Below are positions 49,653 to 60,829 of a stretch of 64,000 nt of DNA, piece after piece (within the stretch, counting starts at the first letter, position 1; every line of letters starts with the position of its first letter). A model generated the notes under the pieces. It was given only the letters and a program-made list of their open reading frames with translations, was not told the DNA's origin and did not search any database. The DNA lies in assembly GCA_019058295.1 (NCBI GenBank), contig JAHPZI010000030.1:141164-205163 (forward strand), in the 5' to 3' direction. Made by a program: the position numbers and the translations under genes. This stretch comes from Promethearchaeota archaeon. GTDB taxonomy: Archaea > Asgardarchaeota > Lokiarchaeia > Sigyniarchaeales > SOKP01.

Positions 49653-51020
49653 AACTTTTTTTCTCTTATTTAATGCTTCAATTGCCGATTTTTCAATTTT
49701 TTCTTCCATTTCGTTGATTAATTCTGGAGTTTGTTCACCAATTTCTTGTTTTATTTTTGTATAAGCAGATTCTCGAAATCGCGGTAATATGTCTCTTTTT
49801 TCTTCATTTTCAAAAATCATAGAAACTTGATTTGAATCATCAACGTATCCGATCTCAGCACATTTGACATTATTTTTAGATAAATCTGATATTATTCTTT
49901 CTGACACGTTCTCTGAACAATAAATAAGTAATGCATCTAGTGATACTCCTAAATAATCAACACCAACTTTATCTAATAACTTTAAAACCGTTGGATTAAC
50001 TAGTTTTCGAACTTCATTTTCATAAATCACGACACCACATTTCGCCTCGTAATTAATTTCGTACAAATCTCCTCTAATACCTCCATTTGTTACATCACAC
50101 ATGGCATGAATTTCATCTATGTAATCTGATTTTAAAATTATTTCGCACGCTTCGAGGAATTTAATGTTCAATGTCTCTTTTACTACATCATGATTGCCAG
50201 AATATATTGCTGTCGTGGTAATTGTCCCTCCTCCAGCACCTTCAGTCATTAATATTTTATCTCCCACTTTTATATTCCTTCGTGCCAATAGATTATTACT
50301 AGCAAGACCTACAGCCGCAACACCTCCAACCAATCGATTCCCAATTACCATATCTCCTCCAATCCTCAAGGTTGATCCTGCTGTTATTGGAACTTTCGCT
50401 AATTCGGAAATAGTGGAAATTCCCGCCATGAAATCGAATAGCTTTCCAACATCTGCATCGTCTCCTAAATGCACATCAATCATAATCGAAATTGGTTTTG
50501 AACCTTTTACGTATAAATCCCTTAAAGCGGCTCGAGTAACGTGAAATCCACAAATAAACGGAAAATCACTCAACCGAGAATGAATCCCTTCCATTTTTGA
50601 TACGATCATTAAATTATTTCTATCAAAAGGTTCTCCTCTAAATCCAGTTATGTCATTCAATCGAACTGCTCCCGCATCATCCAAAGAACTAGGAGATAAA
50701 AACGCTTTATTCTTAGTTTCTGATAGTTCTGAAATTAATTTATGCACGAAAAAATCTCCCGCACCTCGACATCCTACTCCTTGCTTTCCTGAACTTACAT
50801 TAGCCATAGGAACTTTTAACAAATCTTTTAAGAAAGGAATTGAAATAGTAGATATATCACTTTTTTTGCATTCCTCATAGACTGCTTTAGCTAATATATA
50901 AGCTAATGATTTATCTATATCTTTAAAATCGAGATATTCTTGGACTATCCTTTCAATGATTTCATCCTGAGAATACCCTTTACTTATTAATCTTCTCGTT
51001 AATCCTTCTAAATCGCTCAA
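49632..51020 (-). CDS. AIR synthase-related (PurM/HypE/ThiL superfamily) protein
   Basis: GVGCRGAGDF, DDAG, HSRLS, DVTNGG. Confidence 0.85.
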   Translation of the reverse strand: MSDLEGLTRRLISKGYSQDEIIERIVQEYLDFKDIDKSLAYILAKAVYEECKKSDISTISIPFLKDLLKVPMANVSSGKQGVGCRGAGDFFVHKLISELSETKNKAFLSPSSLDDAGAVRLNDITGFRGEPFDRNNLMIVSKMEGIHSRLSDFPFICGFHVTRAALRDLYVKGSKPISIMIDVHLGDDADVGKLFDFMAGISTISELAKVPITAGSTLRIGGDMVIGNRLVGGVAAVGLASNNLLARRNIKVGDKILMTEGAGGGTITTTAIYSGNHDVVKETLNIKFLEACEIILKSDYIDEIHAMCDVTNGGIRGDLYEINYEAKCGVVIYENEVRKLVNPTVLKLLDKVGVDYLGVSLDALLIYCSENVSERIISDLSKNNVKCAEIGYVDDSNQVSMIFENEEKRDILPRFRESAYTKIKQEIGEQTPELINEMEEKIEKSAIEALNKRKKVLFFLKK

Positions 51021-51338
51021 TAATATAACTCCTATTATTTTATTTATTCAATAATATAACAACGATTTTATTAAGTTAAATAGCCATAATTAAAAGAAAA
51101 ATTCTTTGATTATATCTAAACTTAGAGTTAAATGTGTTTAGTGTGTTTGTTAAATAGAGATTAAATTATCTGATAAATTATCAATTAACTCCTATAAAAT
51201 CCATAAATTCTTTTAGATGTTTGAGATCTAAATATTTATTTATAAATCTTACTCTTTTGAAAATAAATTAAATAACGATAAATATAAGTACTGTTATTAT
51301 ACACTTAACGATTTTAAAAAAGAATAAGAAAATGAAAT

Positions 51339-52553
51339 ATGCCAGTTGCGACAGAAGATACCAATAGAGAGAGAGATACTAAAGATGAAAATCATCTAAC
51401 AGTGTATATTCAACATCTTGAGAAAAGACTCCGAGCTCTTGAAACAGAAAAGCAAATTGTAGAAGGTGAGAGACTTAGATTAGAACAGGAATTAAAGGCT
51501 TTAAGGAGTGAACTTGATCTATTACGAGAACCTCCATTAATTCTATCAACAGTTATTGATCTATTAAAGGATGATGGTGTCAGAGCAATTGTGAGTAGTT
51601 CAAGTGGTCCTGATTTTGTTGTAAATCTTAGTAAAACAGTAAAACCGGAGAATCTACAAGTTGGAATGGATGTCGCATTAAATCAACGTACTTTTACTAT
51701 CGTTGAAATATTACCTTCACATTTAGATCCTTTTATTAAAGGGATGGAATTAATTGATAATATTCCTGATATTACTTATGATGAGATTGGGGGACTTGAT
51801 CAGCTAATATTGGAAGTTAGAGAGACTGTTGAACTTCCCTTAATAAAACCAGATTTATTTAAAAAAATTGGTATTACCCCTCCTAAAGGTGTATTATTAT
51901 ATGGCCCTCCTGGAACAGGTAAAACATTAATGGCAAAAGCAGTTGCTCATGAAACTAATGCAACATTCATTAGAGTTATCGGTTCTGAATTAGTTCAGAA
52001 GTTTATTGGTGAGGGTGCTCGCTATGTAAGAGAAATTTTTCAATTAGCAAGGAAAAAAGCACCTACCATTTTGTTTCTCGATGAATTAGATGCTATAGCA
52101 GCAGTCAGAATGGAAGAAAGTACATCAGGAGATAGAGAAGTACAAAGAACCTTAATGCAATTACTAAGTGAACTTGATGGATTCGACGAAAGAGGCGATG
52201 TCAAATTTATTGGTGCTACAAACAGAGTTGATATTTTAGATCCCGCATTGTTAAGAGCTGGTCGATTTGATAGAATTGTGGAATTTCCTATTCCTAATTC
52301 TGAAGCAAGAGAGATGATATTTAAAATTCACATGAGACCTTTAAATATTGGAGAAGAAATAGATTTAAAAATGTTAGTTCAAATGACTGAGAATGCAACT
52401 GGAGCAGATTTAAAAGGGATATGTGTTGAAGCTGGTATGTTTGCAATAAGAAGAAATGCTGATGAGATTCTACAAAATGATTTTATTAACGCAATCAATA
52501 AAGTTATGGGAATTAAGAACTCCTCTTCTTCTAAATTGGAACTATATGTGTAA
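51339..52553 (+). CDS. pan: Proteasome-activating nucleotidase
   Basis: Coiled coil, [23 protein letters not shown]-terminal HbYX motif (LYV). Confidence 0.96.
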   Translation: MPVATEDTNRERDTKDENHLTVYIQHLEKRLRALETEKQIVEGERLRLEQELKALRSELDLLREPPLILSTVIDLLKDDGVRAIVSSSSGPDFVVNLSKTVKPENLQVGMDVALNQRTFTIVEILPSHLDPFIKGMELIDNIPDITYDEIGGLDQLILEVRETVELPLIKPDLFKKIGITPPKGVLLYGPPGTGKTLMAKAVAHETNATFIRVIGSELVQKFIGEGARYVREIFQLARKKAPTILFLDELDAIAAVRMEESTSGDREVQRTLMQLLSELDGFDERGDVKFIGATNRVDILDPALLRAGRFDRIVEFPIPNSEAREMIFKIHMRPLNIGEEIDLKMLVQMTENATGADLKGICVEAGMFAIRRNADEILQNDFINAINKVMGIKNSSSSKLELYV

Positions 52554-52651
52554 AAAATCCTTCTATTTTCACTAAAAAAAAGAATTTTATCAAGTTTAAA
52601 TTATTTTAAAACTTCTTATTCATAGGATAATTTCCTTTAAAATACACTATA

Positions 52652-53659
52652 ATGAAAGTTAGAATAACAACCCCTTGTAGAATACATTTATCATTGATTG
52701 ATGAGAATGGGTACACTGGTAGAGTGGATGGCGGAATTGGTCTTATGATTGACAAACCGAATGTAGTTTTAGAAGTTTCCAATCATGCAGATAAATTTAC
52801 CATTGAATGTAATAGATATTATAGAGAATCTGTCCAAGTAATTAACCAAAAAGCATCAAGGATTTTCAAACTTTTTCACATAAGCAATAAAAATTTTCAT
52901 TTCAATTTAAAAAGATATTATCCTAGCCACGTTGGATTAGGCTCAAAAACTCAACTAAGTTTAGCAATTGGTACAGCAATATCACAAATTAAAAACATAG
53001 AAATTCCAATTGAAGAAATTACCTCGATGGTTGAACGTGGTGGCACCTCTGGAATTGGATGGCGCGGGTTTGAAACTGGTGGATTTATATTAGACGGGGG
53101 GCATGATTATGGAATAGGAAAAGAAAAAGAAAACTTTTCACCTTCCTCCGCCTCAATATCGGCAAATCCGGCATTAACCATATCTAGGTATGAAATACCA
53201 GAAAATTGGCGCTTTGTATTAGTAATTCCTGATGTAAGACCTGGAGCTAATGGAAAAGAAGAAATTAAAATTTTTAAGAAGCATACTCCAATTCCAAGGG
53301 ATGAGGTCAATGAGGTTTCACATCAAATTATTATGAAAGTCTTACCAGGTATACTGAAAAATGATCTTAGGTGCTTTGGTGAAGGATTGAAAAGAATTCA
53401 AAGTATTGGTTTTAAAGCAATAGAAATTAGTTTACAGAACCAAGTTGTAAGAGATTTATTAAAATTTTTTGAAGATTATGGCGTAAAAGCTTATGGTATG
53501 TCCTCTTTCGGCCCAAGTATTATAGGTATTACAGAATCGGATGAAGAGGCAGAAAAATTAAAAAATACTGTTGAAAATTTCATAAATGAAATAGGTGGAC
53601 ATTTTTTCATTTGTAAACCCAATAACACAGGGGCAAAAATAGAAATATTGGATAATTGA
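52652..53659 (+). CDS. mptG: Beta-ribofuranosylaminobenzene 5'-phosphate synthase (methanopterin biosynthesis)
   Basis: RIHLSLID, HVGLGSKTQ, RGGTSGIG, GGFILDGG, SSFGP. Confidence 0.9.
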   Translation: MKVRITTPCRIHLSLIDENGYTGRVDGGIGLMIDKPNVVLEVSNHADKFTIECNRYYRESVQVINQKASRIFKLFHISNKNFHFNLKRYYPSHVGLGSKTQLSLAIGTAISQIKNIEIPIEEITSMVERGGTSGIGWRGFETGGFILDGGHDYGIGKEKENFSPSSASISANPALTISRYEIPENWRFVLVIPDVRPGANGKEEIKIFKKHTPIPRDEVNEVSHQIIMKVLPGILKNDLRCFGEGLKRIQSIGFKAIEISLQNQVVRDLLKFFEDYGVKAYGMSSFGPSIIGITESDEEAEKLKNTVENFINEIGGHFFICKPNNTGAKIEILDN

Positions 53660-53665
53660 GTTTGA

Positions 53666-54052
53666 ATGTCAAAAAATAACGAAAATATATATTTTTCACC
53701 TGATTTAACTGATAGAGAACGAGCTTGTTTTGAATCGGGCATTAAAATTGGTGCACTTTATCATATTCTATGTGGGATTCCTATCTCAAATGATGAGAAT
53801 ATTCTAAAAAATATAGAGAAAGGCATTGAATCTTCTATTTCTTGTCAACCTTTTGTAAAATCGGTAAAAATCAATTTAGATAGGGGTAAAATTTTAGGAA
53901 ATAAATCAAATCAATTCGATTATGATGAAATTACAGGAAAAATTATTCGAGCTAAGCTAATAATTGAATATGAATCCGTGGAAATCTTGGCAAAAGTCGA
54001 ATGGATTGAAAATATGCAATTTCCCCTCATGTTTATTGAAAAAATAAAATAA
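53666..54052 (+). CDS. mptD: Archaeal dihydroneopterin aldolase
   Basis: TDRERACFESGIKIGALYH, QPFV, FPLM. Confidence 0.88.
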   Translation: MSKNNENIYFSPDLTDRERACFESGIKIGALYHILCGIPISNDENILKNIEKGIESSISCQPFVKSVKINLDRGKILGNKSNQFDYDEITGKIIRAKLIIEYESVEILAKVEWIENMQFPLMFIEKIK

Positions 54053-54055
54053 ACT

Positions 54056-54751
54056 TTAATTTTTATCGATATATTTGCCTACTAGTTCAATCGCTTTTAA
54101 GGCATTCTGATTTTTTCCAATTCTTCTAATTGTTTCCATGTAGGATTGAATCTGTTTTATTAATTTCTCATAAAGTTCATTATTGTTCGAATTATTCGCG
54201 ACTTTTAATTTCGTTGCTAAGACAATAGCTTCAAGTGCTAAATTTTCCGCTCTATTAAACAGTTTAAATGACTCTTTATTTTTCTCGCTATAAAATATTT
54301 TTATTTCAAAAGTAGAACTTGGGGACTCACCGTAATTATCTTTTTTAATATTTTCAATTTCCTTGGTAGTTTCCCCTATAAGAATCCCCCATGAGCTCTT
54401 TAATACAGGAAAACTTCGGAATTTATTTCTTCCTCTTTTTTTAAGACTCAAATATATCAAATAATTTAATAGAAATTCACTTGAGTATTCTGGGGGCTTT
54501 AATGCTGCAAGAGCATATAGATATATATCATTGACAAAATTTATGACTAAATAACCATTTTCTTTTAAATTTCTGTAAGTAGTAGTAGTATGAAAAGGAG
54601 TAATCTGAATTATATTCTTCTCGTTTATTTTAATCCCCATACATGCTGCATTAGGCTCAATAATATCCTCTTTATTGGCTCTTGAAAAAGTTATGGCCAA
54701 AATTTCATATAAATTTCCTTTTTCCAGCCCGAAATCTCTGTAATTAAACAT
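54056..54751 (-). CDS. DUF447 family protein
   Basis: YE..T, PNAACMG, TTYRNL, FNRA..LEAIVLATK. Confidence 0.8.
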   Translation of the reverse strand: MFNYRDFGLEKGNLYEILAITFSRANKEDIIEPNAACMGIKINEKNIIQITPFHTTTTYRNLKENGYLVINFVNDIYLYALAALKPPEYSSEFLLNYLIYLSLKKRGRNKFRSFPVLKSSWGILIGETTKEIENIKKDNYGESPSSTFEIKIFYSEKNKESFKLFNRAENLALEAIVLATKLKVANNSNNNELYEKLIKQIQSYMETIRRIGKNQNALKAIELVGKYIDKN

Positions 54752-54902
54752 TATTATTGAAATTCTAATTTTTCAAATCAAATCTACTTAAGAAATTATC
54801 TAAAATCTAATAAATTTTAACTAAAACCATACAATTTTTTAAACTTAAAAATAAAAAATTAATTGGAGTTATACAAAGACATTTTAAAAAATTAAAAAAA
54901 CA

Positions 54903-55496
54903 ATGCCAATTTGTCAATATTGTGGTGGTGAATTTCATTATTTCTTGTTTAAATGTAAATGGTGTGACATGTTATATTGCTTGAAACATAGGTTACCAGA
55001 GAATCACAAATGCATCTTTATGCCAAGTCGCAAGGAAAGAAAAGGATTGATTTCAAGAAAAACACAACTTTATCAAAAAGGAACTGATCAACTAAGTGAA
55101 ATATTAACACCTGAAGAAATTTATATTGGAGCAAAGAACAAGATAATAAATAAATCTGATGCTATTGAATTGTTAATAGCTATAATTGAACTTAGTGATG
55201 ATGTACAAATTAGAGTTGAATCTATAGCCGTTTTAGACAAATTATCTCTTAAAAATAAGCGAGTTTTCAAGATTCTCGAAAGTATTTTAGTTTCGGACCA
55301 AAATGTTGAAGTGAAAAATGCTATAATAAAAACAATTTTAAATCTCTTTCCTAAAGATGGTTTGAAATTAATAGAATGGGTCATTGATAACGAAAAATCT
55401 GATTCCGTATTGAAAATACTTAAAGATACTATAAAAGCTACTGATAATCAATATATTGATAGTTTAAAAAATAAGCTATTTGATAATGACAATTAG
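54903..55496 (+). CDS. AN1-type zinc finger fused to a HEAT-like module
   Basis: CQYC..FKCKWC..YCLKHRLPENHKC; C-terminal part alignable by eye with the N-terminus of 26421-27614. Confidence 0.85.
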   Translation: MPICQYCGGEFHYFLFKCKWCDMLYCLKHRLPENHKCIFMPSRKERKGLISRKTQLYQKGTDQLSEILTPEEIYIGAKNKIINKSDAIELLIAIIELSDDVQIRVESIAVLDKLSLKNKRVFKILESILVSDQNVEVKNAIIKTILNLFPKDGLKLIEWVIDNEKSDSVLKILKDTIKATDNQYIDSLKNKLFDNDN

Positions 55497-55532
55497 CATT
55501 GAAAAAAGATTATTATTAATTCTGTAATGATT

Positions 55533-56411
55533 TTACAAATGAAATTTCGTTACTTTTTTTCTCCGATCTATCTCTGGATAAATCTTCCCTACTAAAGGTG
55601 GAGAGCTATTGTATATTTCCTCAATTTCAATCAATCCATACTGTAAATCGTCAAGTGTTTGAAAACCTATAAATGTTCCTTTTACTACTTGGCTTGCCAT
55701 ATCGAAATTTGCGGCAAAAACAGCAACTTTTGAGTCCACGGGAATTTGTAATAAATCCTCTTTTAACGCAGTTAGTGGAAAAAAGAGTCTATTATGATCA
55801 ACGGCCTGAAGTTGAAGATGTGGAATTATAATCGGATAACCATCTGATGGATCAATATAGGCAATGACTCTAACACCGATTTTATTAGTTAACAGTTTAT
55901 ATCCAATTACGTTTAATCGCTTCTCTTCAAGCTCAGTTTTCGCTGATTTTATAATCTGTTTTGCAATTTTACCTGAAATACCACCAAACGGTAAATCTCT
56001 AATTGGAGTAGCTGCTACGATGTGGTTATAATAAACTCTGTAGATGTTTATATACGTGAAATACCGCATAAAGTCTGACTTGTTAAAATATTCTATATCT
56101 TCTCCTTCCTCTTTTGTATGGGTAAAATCTGCCTTTATTTGGATGAATTTAAACGGAGCTTCCGCAGTCATGTAAAAAATACCTTGTTTTGGATTCTTTT
56201 GCACATACTCTTTGCTTGAGCCTTTAGCAAATTGTCCCCAGACTATTTGATTTTTTCTTATGGCTCGATTGCTTGAAATCAACGTTATATGTGGCCAACC
56301 ACGAGGATCTACTGTAGCTATTAATTTTGCCATGATTTCTGGTTGCGTAAATTTTATAGCTTCTTCTGAAAGTTCGGCATTCCACTCAGATAATCCTTCC
56401 TTCTCAACCAT
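55533..56411 (-). CDS. Tandem FMN split-barrel (pyridoxamine 5'-phosphate oxidase-like) protein
   Basis: LIATVDPRGWPH and a second VIAYIDPSDGYP unit. Confidence 0.7.
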   Translation of the reverse strand: MVEKEGLSEWNAELSEEAIKFTQPEIMAKLIATVDPRGWPHITLISSNRAIRKNQIVWGQFAKGSSKEYVQKNPKQGIFYMTAEAPFKFIQIKADFTHTKEEGEDIEYFNKSDFMRYFTYINIYRVYYNHIVAATPIRDLPFGGISGKIAKQIIKSAKTELEEKRLNVIGYKLLTNKIGVRVIAYIDPSDGYPIIIPHLQLQAVDHNRLFFPLTALKEDLLQIPVDSKVAVFAANFDMASQVVKGTFIGFQTLDDLQYGLIEIEEIYNSSPPLVGKIYPEIDRRKKVTKFHL

Positions 56412-56457
56412 TTTTATTCACAAATATTATTACTTAAACTTAATCTTATTTATTTAT

Positions 56458-57468
56458 TTATTTATAACAAGATTTTAATTTAGTTTCTTTCCTTTTTTCA
56501 ACCTCATTATCACTATTTTCAAGTCTTTTTGTCATTCCAGACCATTTCACATTATTTACACCCGTATTTTTAGCAATTTCAGAAAAATACTCCATTTCCT
56601 CTTTTTTCATCAATGGTTCATCCTTTAAGGGCCAATTCATATCTAACCTTTCATATTTCGAAGTACATAAGTTATTAAAAGCTAACAAATCCCAACGGGT
56701 AGGGATATTGTTAAGTTTTTCTACAATAAATTCGCCGATTCCCCTTATATTTTCATCGGTAGCAGTATATTTAGGGATCATAGGAGTCCTAATCCAAATT
56801 TCTTTACCATGATCACTTACATATTTAGAAATATATATGGCATTTTCCAGTATAGTCTCATTAGGAACCCCAGTATATTCTTTATGTTTATCAGAATCAA
56901 TAAGTTTTATATCTAAAAGCACAAGATCCACATATGGCAAAATTTTTTCATAAACACTCTTAGAAGCATAACCACATGTATCTAACGCAGTTGAAATTCC
57001 ATTTTCTTTACATATTTTTAAAAAGTCCGCTATAAAATCAGGTTGCTGTGTGGGTTCACCACCAGAAACGGTTACTCCTCCATTAGATTTAGTATAATAA
57101 ACCTTGTCTTTTTCTACTTCATAGAAGAGATCTTCTAACTTCCATAATTTTCCAATCATGTTTAATGCTGTGCTTGGACAAGCTTCTGCACATTCTCCAC
57201 AGCTTGTACATTTTTCTCTATCAATATGAATGCCATCCTTGTCTAACGACAAGGCTTTTAGTTTACATGTTTCTATACAGGTCTTGCAACCGATGCATTT
57301 GTGTTTCAACCATTCAAGTTGGGGGGTTTTTAGTATAGATTCAGGATTATGACACCACACACATTTTAAAGGACATTGTTTCATAAAAACAGTAGTTCGG
57401 ATACCTGGACCGTCCTCCGTGGACATTTTCTGAATCTGAAACACTAGTCCCTTATCTGCGTCTAACAT
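56458..57468 (-). CDS. Glycyl-radical enzyme activating protein (radical SAM with ferredoxin insert)
   Basis: EDGPGIRTTVF, CPLKCVWCHNPE, two CxxCxxCxxxC motifs, SGGEP, LDTCG. Confidence 0.93.
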   Translation of the reverse strand: MLDADKGLVFQIQKMSTEDGPGIRTTVFMKQCPLKCVWCHNPESILKTPQLEWLKHKCIGCKTCIETCKLKALSLDKDGIHIDREKCTSCGECAEACPSTALNMIGKLWKLEDLFYEVEKDKVYYTKSNGGVTVSGGEPTQQPDFIADFLKICKENGISTALDTCGYASKSVYEKILPYVDLVLLDIKLIDSDKHKEYTGVPNETILENAIYISKYVSDHGKEIWIRTPMIPKYTATDENIRGIGEFIVEKLNNIPTRWDLLAFNNLCTSKYERLDMNWPLKDEPLMKKEEMEYFSEIAKNTGVNNVKWSGMTKRLENSDNEVEKRKETKLKSCYK

Positions 57469-57530
57469 ATTTATCAATTTTAATATTGTGTTAATTTTAT
57501 GAAATATCGTGAAAAAAAATAATTCACATA

Positions 57531-58844
57531 TTATTCTAATTGGATGTATTTCCCTTGGACTTTTAACATTTCGTCTAAGATTTCCTCAGCTTGAGTTGCG
57601 CTATCAACAATAGGGCTCGCAAGTAGCGCTTGTAGCGCAATTTCCTTAGATTTTTTAATAATCGCTTCCACTACGAGATCTTGTACTGACGCTTCGATGC
57701 GTAAAAGCGCGGCTAATCCTTTAGGATATTCACCAAGTTTTATCGCATGAACTCCGTCTTTATTTACGATTGCTGGGCACTCTACTACGAGATCTTTAGG
57801 TAGATTTGTAATAATATCGTCGTTAGGGAGGTTCACTGAATGCTCTCTGTGATTTGAATCGGTTATGATCCCTTCAATGATTGGGGCGGCACTTTCACCC
57901 CCTGGTTTTACAAGTTTAGCTCCCATACCTTTATTGATAAGACGCACAATTTTTTTACCCTTATTTATTGTTAATTTCCTGTAATTTTTTTTGAATCGAT
58001 TTGCCCCTTCCAAATCAGCCTTTTCCCATGCCCAATGTATATATTCTCCATAATGTGAGTCAGATGTATAAGGGAAATATCCATATTTATTAAAGATATA
58101 TTCAGTAAGATCATATTCAAACACAGTTTTCATCCTTTTGAATGCTTCAGGAGCTTTTTTGCGAATATCAGGGTAAGCATCTTTACCAGTATCACGATAT
58201 TTAGCTTCTAAAATAACCCCGAAGTGGTTTAATCCTCCAGCTTTAAATTCAATATTAGATAAGGGTGTCTCAAGCATTATAGGAAGTCCTATTATAGCTA
58301 ACATAATTTCATGACAGAGACCAACGAATTTGAGATTGGGAAATTTTCTTTTAATAGCAAGGCAAATTCTACTCATTGGATTGGAGAAATTAATAAATAA
58401 TGCATTAGGACATACTTTTTGAACATCAGAGCAAATTTCGAGAATTGGAGGTATAATTCTCATTGAATGAAACATTCCTCCAGGACCCCCATTTTCACCA
58501 AAAATCTGTTTATTCCCAAATTTGCGTGGAATTTCGTAATCTTGATCCCATAGCTCGAATCGTGGTGTTATTTCTATAGCATTAATGATAAATGTAGCAT
58601 TTTTCAAAGCATCTGGTCTATTAGTAGTCGATTCTATGTCAAAATTTAGCTTTCTGGTTTCAATTGCGGATTTACACGCTTGATAAGCTAGGTCTAGGGC
58701 TTCTGCGTTAATATCATGAAGGCAAATTGTCGACCCTTCTAATGCCTCTCTCTTTACAATATCTCCAACAGAGCCTAACCCAAATTGTAAAGAACCCGCT
58801 CCAATTAAGACAATTTTTTCTTTCCTTGTCATAAAATAACTCAT
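57531..58844 (-). CDS. GH4 NAD+-dependent alpha-glycosidase (MelA-like)
   Basis: IGAGS, GENGGPGG, NFSNP, GLCHE, GLNHF. Confidence 0.92.
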   Translation of the reverse strand: MSYFMTRKEKIVLIGAGSLQFGLGSVGDIVKREALEGSTICLHDINAEALDLAYQACKSAIETRKLNFDIESTTNRPDALKNATFIINAIEITPRFELWDQDYEIPRKFGNKQIFGENGGPGGMFHSMRIIPPILEICSDVQKVCPNALFINFSNPMSRICLAIKRKFPNLKFVGLCHEIMLAIIGLPIMLETPLSNIEFKAGGLNHFGVILEAKYRDTGKDAYPDIRKKAPEAFKRMKTVFEYDLTEYIFNKYGYFPYTSDSHYGEYIHWAWEKADLEGANRFKKNYRKLTINKGKKIVRLINKGMGAKLVKPGGESAAPIIEGIITDSNHREHSVNLPNDDIITNLPKDLVVECPAIVNKDGVHAIKLGEYPKGLAALLRIEASVQDLVVEAIIKKSKEIALQALLASPIVDSATQAEEILDEMLKVQGKYIQLE

Positions 58845-58911
58845 TTTAATTTTAATGAATAATTAATATCATTTAATACAGTATATTACTTTTTTCTCTA
58901 GATATAGAACT

Positions 58912-60813
58912 ATGAGTTCTAAACAAAAACTTCTGTTTATTGGAGTAGATCAAGCAATACCTTACCTTCTTAAAAAATTTCTGGATGAAGAATCTCTACC
59001 AAACATCAGCAACCTCGTTAATAATGGTGTAATAGGTGAGGCATTATCATGTCCTCCTTGTGATACTCCTACGAATTGGGCAACAATAGCCACCGGTGCA
59101 ACGACGAGTGTGCATGGAGCAACTAGCTTCTATATGCATATCCCAGGTGAACCTTTTGAACTTGGGCTTCAACAAAGATCTAGAACTCAGCTTTCACACT
59201 ACTGTCAAGCAGAATATCTATGGGATGTAGCTGACAAGAATGCTTTAGTCCCTTTCGTTATAAATTATCCTGCTGGATGGCCTAGAAAATTTAATAAAGG
59301 AGCAATGAGTCTTTTTACTTGGCCTATTCCAGAATCGCTCCCTAGGATTATTTCCCCAGCAGTAACAATCACATTCACTTCAGATTCTAAAACACCTGCA
59401 TTACAAATTTCAAGAGCCGAGGAGTACGATTCTGAATTAAAAAGCCACTCTCCTCCTCTTCAAGTTTCTCAAACAGTAATACATGGAGCCATAGAAAAAC
59501 CTAATAATTTTAAGTCTTACATCATAGATTCCATCGGAGAAGGATACGATTCTCTAATACTATCCATAGGTTTACCTAAAGAATGGCAAAAATTAAAGAA
59601 AGAAGATTCAAGCGACTGGATTTCAATTGATTTAACCACAGACCATGGCATATTACCTTGCTTGTATAAGATAAAAGTTTTGGAGTTAGAAAAAGACGGA
59701 AGTCTTTTAAAAATTCAACGCACAGGCATCTATAATACGATAGGATGGACTCAACCAGAATCTCTAGGTGAACACCTCATTAAAAACATGATGATATATG
59801 AACCCCCTGAGAAACACGAAGTTGAATATATGATTCAAGGAGAAGTAGAACCATTTTTATTATATGCTCGAAAAGAAGTCGTTTCACTAGCTCAAGCTAT
59901 TACTTATGTTAAACAAAATCTAGGCTGGCAAGTATGCTTCTTCCATATTCATCATTTGGATGCCGTTAATCATAAAGCGCTGGCACTCTTACACAAACAA
60001 TCACCGCTTTATACAGAAGAGGGTGAAAATCATGTATTTGAGAATGTGCGAGTGGCTTATAAAATAGTTGACGAATTAGTTGGGTCTTTAGTAAAATCAT
60101 GTGTAGATGATGAAACTATTATTGTTTTCGTAGCCGATCATGGGGCTGTACCTGTCTGGAAAATAGCTAACATCCCCCTTGCTCTAATGGACGCAGGACT
60201 CCTTGCCTATAAATGGAACGAAAGCAGCAAGAAATTCGTAGTAGATTGGCAAAAAACAGTAGCATTCCCTTATTTAGAGCCTCCTTATATATGGGTTAAT
60301 TTAAAAGGTAGAGATCCCCAAGGGATCGTTGAATCTGCGGATTATGAATCGGTTAGAGATGGGATAATACGAACTCTTAATGACATGAAAGATCCCGAAA
60401 CTGGAGCTAAAATTGTAAAGCTTGCAATTAAAAAAGAGGATGCTGAACACCTCGGACAAAATGGAGAAAGAATCGGTGATGTCGTTTTCTTTCTTAATCC
60501 CCCCTATCAGATATTTGATGGAAATTTAAATCAACTCAACGCAGCAGAACAAACTAAGAGATCTCTAAAAAAACCTATGACATATGACGCAAAACGATGC
60601 TTTGGAGCGCATGCTTATTATTTACCTACTGAAAAATTTGGAAATTTTTCAAACACTTGCCCTTTAATACTTAATGGACCAGGTGTTAAAAAAGAAATTG
60701 AATTAAAAAAAACAGTAGACTTAATTGATATTGCTCCTACTTTAGCCAAACTTCTCAAGATACCTAAACCGAGAAACTCCCAAGGTAGAATACTACACGA
60801 AGCTATAGAATAA
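58912..60813 (+). CDS. Alkaline-phosphatase-superfamily phosphodiesterase / nucleotide pyrophosphatase
   Basis: FIGVD, DTPTNWATIATG, DAVNH, ADHG, NLKGRDP, DIAPT. Confidence 0.88.
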   Translation: MSSKQKLLFIGVDQAIPYLLKKFLDEESLPNISNLVNNGVIGEALSCPPCDTPTNWATIATGATTSVHGATSFYMHIPGEPFELGLQQRSRTQLSHYCQAEYLWDVADKNALVPFVINYPAGWPRKFNKGAMSLFTWPIPESLPRIISPAVTITFTSDSKTPALQISRAEEYDSELKSHSPPLQVSQTVIHGAIEKPNNFKSYIIDSIGEGYDSLILSIGLPKEWQKLKKEDSSDWISIDLTTDHGILPCLYKIKVLELEKDGSLLKIQRTGIYNTIGWTQPESLGEHLIKNMMIYEPPEKHEVEYMIQGEVEPFLLYARKEVVSLAQAITYVKQNLGWQVCFFHIHHLDAVNHKALALLHKQSPLYTEEGENHVFENVRVAYKIVDELVGSLVKSCVDDETIIVFVADHGAVPVWKIANIPLALMDAGLLAYKWNESSKKFVVDWQKTVAFPYLEPPYIWVNLKGRDPQGIVESADYESVRDGIIRTLNDMKDPETGAKIVKLAIKKEDAEHLGQNGERIGDVVFFLNPPYQIFDGNLNQLNAAEQTKRSLKKPMTYDAKRCFGAHAYYLPTEKFGNFSNTCPLILNGPGVKKEIELKKTVDLIDIAPTLAKLLKIPKPRNSQGRILHEAIE

Positions 60814-60829
60814 CTGAATAATTATTTGC

